Assembly (NCBI GenBank): GCA_009103225.1
Contig: RHPI01003041.1
Span: forward strand, 140,308 to 204,307
Direction of reading: 5' to 3'
DNA length: 64,000 nucleotides
Source: Chlorokybus atmophyticus
Taxonomy: Eukaryota; Plantae; Mesostigma and Chlorokybus algae
Shown: piece after piece, positions 57,739-64,000 of the stretch
Layout of the letters: each line of letters starts with the position of its first letter
Numbering within the stretch: the first letter of the stretch is position 1
Program-made: the position numbers and the translations under genes
Notes under the pieces: model-generated
The model's database searches: none
Seen by the model: the letters and a program-made list of their open reading frames with translations, nothing else
Told to the model about the DNA's origin: nothing

Positions 57739-59260
57739 CACCGATAGAATTGGCCCCCCAACAGTTCAGTCTTGCCCATAACTTAAATGGAGGTCCAGCT
57801 ACAACTCACTTTGGGATCCATATGCAAGCAATATATCGATTTTTGCACTTTTTCCTGCTGCAGCCAAAACTTAGTTTGGTGTTCAGCTGCCATTAAGGTC
57901 AAGTAGTTGGTGTGCCATAAGTTTAATATCCGTCTCTTCTTGAATTCATAAATGGCCACATCCTATACTAACTTTTAGTTATATCATGTATTAAGGGGAT
58001 TAATCTTAATGCGTGATATAACCAAAAATGTTATGGCCGCAACCCGCGGCAAAAAGCCAAAATTGTCGCAGCACCGCGCATTTCCCATCTCCAGCGTCAG
58101 GGTTTTAACTTGCGCGCATGAGTCTGTTGGTTTAGTAAGCAACAACCTAACGACCTTAGCACTGACTGACTAGACTACAACGACACAACACACGGTGAGA
58201 GGTGTATGCTAAGTACATTATATAATTACTCGCTCCGTCAATTATTCCATGTGCCAGTTGTATTGCATTCATGTTTACGCAATGAACAACATGTGTCCCG
58301 CGACGCATGCACCACGATTACATACAACAGCACTACACTGTACACTGTACTAGTAACCAGTATTGACAGGTGTTTGCAAATTTTAATTATATTATGTCTA
58401 TACATACCGGTAATATTAAAAAGAAAAACATTACATGTCTATACATTATTTGAAGTACTGTTGACACCTCGATAAGTAGCTTATTATCATTAAACATCTG
58501 AGTAGGTGTTTTAACTTTAAGTTGTTGGTCTGCGGGTGGCGTGGAGACTTTAATCTGAGTTAGCGACGCCAAGCATTCGATCACAGCATTGGTTGTAGGG
58601 CATGCTGTTGCCATAAACTCCCTGTGTCACCTACCATCGGCAAGTTGCGCCGGTGCGTTACTAATTGATAGAGTGGTCAATGACCACTCTATCAATTAAT
58701 CATAATATGTTGCGTCATCATTACGGCAAGTATCAGGTAGGCCGCGGGCACGCCTGTAGGTACTTAAGTACCTACAGGTAAGCTTGGACTGGCGATATAT
58801 TGATGACCAGGTGGTAAGTAATGCAGGCGGTTTTAATGGTGCGGTGTAGCGACCCGCGTTACAACTTTATGATTGCTAGATCCATGCATCAATGACGGAA
58901 CCAACCAATTACGGTCGCAACAATGATTTATATCGGCCATTGTTTTACCTAAATGCATTGTAATATAACCACCGTGTCCCCAACGGCGTCAGGGAAGTGG
59001 TCAATATTCTGATAAAAATTCGTACAGGTCTTGATCACGACCATGGTTGTTACCAATCGTAATGCGCGGTTCTCAACCAATTTAGAGATCTGGTACAAAT
59101 CAAGCGATCGGCCGATGGCCGCTTGTGACAGGTTCAAGCTTATATAAAGATCTAACTTAATATTAATTAGGGTTCTTGTGAATCCTTAACAAACTTTGCA
59201 CTGAATCTCTATTAAAGTTAAGGATCCCGCCTGACTTGCCGAAACCCATTTCCAACGGTG
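57739..59260. mobile_element. 1.5-kb non-autonomous DNA transposon with CACCG termini (CACTA/EnSpm-like) inserted in the Ty3 RNase H
   Basis: Imperfect TIRs CACCGATAGAATTGG / CACCGTTGGAAATGG and a 3-bp TSD TGT (57736-57738, 59261-59263). Excision restores YLHGADV-YIETDNSAL. Confidence 0.8.
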
Positions 59261-62200
59261 TGTGTACATCGAGACAGATAATAGCGCATTGGTGCAACTC
59301 TTCCGCACGAAGCAACCCACAGGTCGCATGGCACGGTGGGTGTTGTCATTGCAAACTTATGACTTCATTATCACACACCGTCCGGGGTTGTTGTGTGGTG
59401 TTGTTGATGCACTCTCACGCACACTGGTGGATGTTGTTGAGGATATATAAGCATCATTGTGGGTGTCGGACATTTCACAGCCACCATGCAGAGCGAAAAG
59501 CAGAGTGACACGCTCACATGCATTTAATAGTAACAATGCACGCTAGCGATAGGAGACAGCGTCAGTTGCCCGTATCCAAGCTGCAAGCCATTCTACTAAC
59601 ACTTGGTCGCTCGTTCCTGAGCTCTACCGAGATGTTCCTGCTGGTTCCTACAACCCTACTAAACCCTACGAGGACAACCACAGCGACGGCGCCCTCGCCG
59701 CAGCTCCTGTGCAGCTGCCTGCACTTCTCTATCAGATCGCCCTAAGCACTACCCCTCAGCGTATTCCTGCTGATCTTGCAGCCTACTGCACCTCCGACGG
59801 TGCAACCATGCCAGTCACCTGCTATGCTACCTGCTCTAGGTGATTCACATGAGCAACCGCCGCCGCCGCCGCCGTTGGCTACACCACAGACGCCACCGCC
59901 GCCGCCAACCTTTCCGAGACCGACCAAGGCAGACCTGCCCAGCATTATTGAGATACAGCGGGCCCAGATGACGAAACCAAAATTGCTCGCCATGCTAGCA
60001 TCTGGGGTCCTAAGTACCGTACCTGCTTGTACCGGCGTCACGTACATACTGCACGGCAATTTTGACAGCGACCTGCTGTACGTGTACGTCGCAAAACAGA
60101 GCCGCACCTGGTCATTCCGGAGCGCTTTTGCCACGTGTACCAGCTTGCCATGATGACCCCCTGATGGGGCATCTTGGACTTTACAAAACCTCTTCTAGCG
60201 CATCCGCGCCTCGTACTTTTGGCACGGCTTGCGTGCTGACGTGCACAACTTTGTCAGAAGCTGTGACACAACGCCGCGCACGGCAAGACCGCGAGAGAGC
60301 TTCAGCTCATCGTCGTTGGCAAGCCGTTCGATCTGCTGTCGTGGGACATTATCGGCCCTTTACCAACCGCGATGGGCGGCAATCAGTACAAGATTGTATT
60401 GTATGTGACACATTGGACAGAGACCGCGGCCATCCCTGCTGTCAACGCTGATACAGTGGCATCATTAAGCGCCACGGCTGCCATAAAACGGCGTGATGTA
60501 ATGGCTCACGTTGCAGCCGCACTTGGCATCGCTCAAACTTTTACTTCACCATATCACCCGCAAAATGACGGGCTTAAGGAGAGGATGAACCGGACTTTGA
60601 AGCGGTGTATCGCCAAATACATAAATGCATACCATACCAACCGGGATATGAATCTGGGAGCCGTAACATTTGCTTAAAACACATCCATTCACGCCTCCAC
60701 TGGTCATACTCCTTTTCGCCTGCTGTATGGGCGCGAGGCACAGCTCCCGCCACTAGCTCAGTTGCCCTCGTACGGTCCTGCCATTGACAGCTCCGCTTGG
60801 TACCAGCAACTCTCACAGGAGTTGCTCGTCACGCGGGAGGTGGCAGCCGAAAACCTACGTGCGGCACAGGAACGCTAGAAGAAAAATCATGACGTCCGCC
60901 ATAGGACAGTAGAGTACGCCGTGGATGATCAGATATTTGTGAAGACTGTGCGCATGACTACCAAAAAAGCAAGTTTGGTCACAATGGGGTCATTTATTAA
61001 ACGGCAAAACTCAAGCCCAGATGGTCCGGTCCTTATGTAGTGTTGGAACGCACTCGCCCCAACACATACAAGTTGGAGAGGAGGGACTACACACCCGGTG
61101 GGAGGAAGACAAAGAACATTCAGCATGTTTCCAACATCACGCCTTATTTCGAGCATAGCAGCTCCTTATAAGGGGTAATGTAGCGGCGCATGCTTATTCA
61201 CAGTGTCTTAATAGGGCCGCATTATCAACATGCTCTTTGTCAGACAGCAAGGCCACGCGCCTGAATATAATGCACAGTAGATACTGCATTAGGCAATAGC
61301 ATGCATTCCTTTTCTTTTCTCTTTCATACAGACGCATTAGCAACATGCCACAGTTGTGCTTCACTTAAACAGGCACTGTTATCATACCTAATTCAATCTG
61401 CCTGACTATATCGCTCAGTGTGCCCGTTCTACACGCATGTCGCTATGCCGCCATTATTGTAGTTGCCGCCATTACTGTATGCTAACTCACACCCAAACTC
61501 ATGACAATCGCGCGCCATACATGGTGCCCGCAACCTAGACAAAATATGGCTTCATTCACGTAAGAACTGGATCATGCATAGTCGCTGAATTCATTTAGCA
61601 GACCCCAATCTCGGTCCAAAAGTACGAACCATGCATGGTTGTTTGACGTCAGGTGGTGTGCTACCTCGCGCCTGAAAAGGCGCAACTCTTTCATCTTCTG
61701 ACTGGTTTGTGGCGGGAATGTACGCCGAAGCGCGTATGTATAGATCCTGCAAGGGTGGTGATGGCGAGCGGTCCACACTGACGGTGAGGGCAGGTTCTCG
61801 CATGCTGACACATGCCGCGGACAGAGGGTCGTACTCTGCTCGCAAGGTAGTGATTGCTTGCAATTGTATTCTGTGTCCCATGTGTTGTTGTCTGAATTGG
61901 AGTCTCAGGTGCAGCGGCTCGTTGTCGTGCTTGTATTGCTTTTTGTGCCGCTTTTTGCTTTGCCATCTTCATCAACTAAATGCCCGAAGTTGCAACTGAG
62001 ACTGCAATGCTTGCTGCGTTGCTGCCAACTCGCGGTCAACCAGTGCAGGATTTAATGGTGGTATGTCTGCTTTAGCTGTCAACTGCGCTGCGACCAGGGC
62101 TGTCGTAAGAGTAGGTCCTGCCAGCGGGGCACCCGAAACAATGGGAGTGACAGGAGCAACAGGGGTTGATGCAACAATGGGCAGAGCTCTGGTGCCAGCC

Positions 62201-63399
62201 AAAACTCCGTACCCTCTTTATGCTGTGCAGCAACTGACCTCCACACCTTATGTGCCGCATAATCTAAGCACTTTGCGACAATGCGCAAAGACATTTCATC
62301 TGACTAATTTAGGGTTTTAATTGCATGGTAGCACACTTTTGAGTTAAACTTGATGATCCATTTGTTCAATAAGGTTGTGCTAAGGCGTCCAGAGAGGGTG
62401 AGACCATGGGTGGAGCCTGCTGACTCCATCTCCTCGTTGTCGAGTGGGTTGATGAAGTCTTCAGCTCGATGACGAGACGTGGTATGTATAAAAATGTGTG
62501 CTGGCGAAGAATGGGAATTGCCGCTGTTGTTGTCGTCCTCTTCTTCACGGTATCGTTCGTAGGACAGGTTTGAACCCATCCAGCAATCAAAGTTGCTAGC
62601 GTTTTCCTCAGCAACAGGGGAAGGCCCGAAGTGGCGAGTGGACTCTTTGTATACTAGGGACTCACTCATGCAAGTAGCACGGTGAGCAAAGGAGAATGCG
62701 AGGCAGAGTGTGTGTACTCCGCTGCAACTCCCCCAATGCTACTACTCAGCTCACCAGTGCGTGTAGTTGCACTATGTGTTGCCAATGACACAATACTGAT
62801 GAAATTAATGCCATTGCAAGTATGCAAGCAACATTGATGCACGACGCTCACTTATATAAGGAGGATGACAATGCAAGTTAATAAGCCACTATCACAGGTA
62901 TTGCTGCTTGTATAGTTCCTTCTAAGAGGTCAAGATAATTCCACTGTTAAGTGAGGTGTATGAATGCGGCAACACGTGGATACCACAATCCGATGCGGAC
63001 CAACACCATGCGCCCACGCAGCCACACTGGATCACGTCAAGTGATCAACAATGCATGTTTGTGTATGCTGTACGCACTCTCTCTCGTGTAGATGTGTCTT
63101 GGCAATCGGGGCGCCGAGGTGATGCAGTTACATCATTAAGCCACAACCTTCAAGTGCCAGTTCAGAGCACTCTGAATATCAACTTTCGTACTTCTCAATA
63201 CTCAATACCCAAGTTCTTACTAACAGTGTCATCAACGTGTGAAAAGTAAGTGTCAAGCCTTTATAGTCGAGTGACAGCTGCGCAGGCTTGTGTTAACGGC
63301 TAGTTTATGAAATGATTTGAATAAGGCCTAAGTTAACTCACAACGGGTCAGCTAGTACGGGCTATGACTTTATGTTAAATACCTACGAGAATCCCCTCA

Positions 63400-63970
63400 C
63401 AACTTGTAACGATCCCCTCCCTTGGTGCGCTTTTGCAACTTCCCGTGCACCGTGGTGCTGGTAGGACTTCGGCTGTAAGTCATAAGTGCTTGTGCATAAG
63501 TTTGCCAAGCCCCGACCAGTAAGTAAGTAGTGGTATCGTTACATAGTGTCTTTGGCATTACTCTTGCAACAAAACACGTCCATATGCTCGGCGACGCGAA
63601 TGGCCTCAGCAAAAGACTTGGCGTTACAAAGCTCAACTTCCTTGCGACAAAGAGTCTTCAACCCGCGCGTGTAGCGGTCCAGCTCCTCCTCCTCAATTAT
63701 GTTGGGTATGGAAAGCACAAGACGCTGAAATGCAGAGGTATAGGCCATCACGGACTGCGTTTGCACAAGTGTAGAGACTTGATCGCGTGCAGTCTCCATG
63801 CTTTGCACCGGTGCGAGCTGTTTCTTCACCTTAGCGGCTAGCTTAGCCATGGTGACAAAGGGAAACTCAAGACTAGCTTCCACACAACCACAACAATGAC
63901 GCCACACAAGTGCAGCTAGCTTAAAGAAAATAGCAAACAAATTGACATGGAGATGTACAGATACCACGGT
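63400..63970 (-). mobile_element. Ty3/gypsy gag (Retrotrans_gag) remnant
   Basis: ARDQVSTLVQTQSVMAYTSAFQRLVLSIPNIIEEEELDRYTRGLK...KEVEL...SFAEAIRVAE; a PBS-like TGGTATC lies upstream near 63960. Confidence 0.75.
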
Positions 63971-64000
63971 GAGCTTTAACGAAGAGAGACAGCCCCCCCT

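Larger units (their letters stand above)
48633..61476 (+). mobile_element. Old full-length Ty3/gypsy retrotransposon interrupted by nested insertions
   Basis: Diverged LTRs at 48633-48937 and 61179-61476 (TGTAGCGGCGCATGC...CATTAC). PBS TGGTGGAGAC at 48939 and PPT aagggg before the 3' LTR. Gag knuckle CFNCTKYGHYVNGC (~49960); protease ILLNTGSSNSSIS (~56500); RT RFCIDYRAL..MTVKDKY (~57180); RNase H NYITTQCECLAVVWA; integrase PYHPQNDGLKERMNRTL; GPY motif (~61030). No matching TSD. Confidence 0.85.

Noticed and set aside
48628-61481. TSD for the large Ty3 element
   Set aside because: The flanks GGTCT and GTATG do not match, and the 3' LTR ends in CT. Pairing of these two LTRs rests on domain order only.
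61572-62669. Several short minus-strand ORFs
   Set aside because: They are fragmented, low-complexity and have no recognisable motif; probably decayed TE sequence and not assignable.

Overview
Intron-rich eukaryotic nuclear DNA, not prokaryotic: no CRISPR, rRNA or tRNA genes were seen. A flagellated green alga, possibly an early-diverging streptophyte, is inferred from CFAP57, a Klebsormidium KnNOS2-like NOS architecture, a PHD-bearing Ty3 element and a Chlamys/Naiad-type Penelope fragment; this is an inference, not an identification. The first ~42 kb hold five spliced genes, reconstructed by hand from GT/GC-AG junctions: an ELMOD3-like ARF GAP (minus, cut by the window edge), a membrane-anchored GT4+GT2+carbohydrate-binding-module glycosyltransferase, a secreted NIDO+PKD-like protein, a full nitric oxide synthase with fused C-terminal ankyrin repeats and a His-ligated globin (the standout), and CFAP57/WDR65. 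The regions 8-13 kb and 42-64 kb are decayed transposon sequence. They include nested Ty3/gypsy elements, an AcademX-like XPG nuclease ORF, a 527-bp TRIM, a 143-bp palindromic MITE and a CACCG-terminated non-autonomous DNA element, several with exact target-site duplications. Most long ORFs in the supplied track are artefacts of CA/GT/CT intronic repeats.
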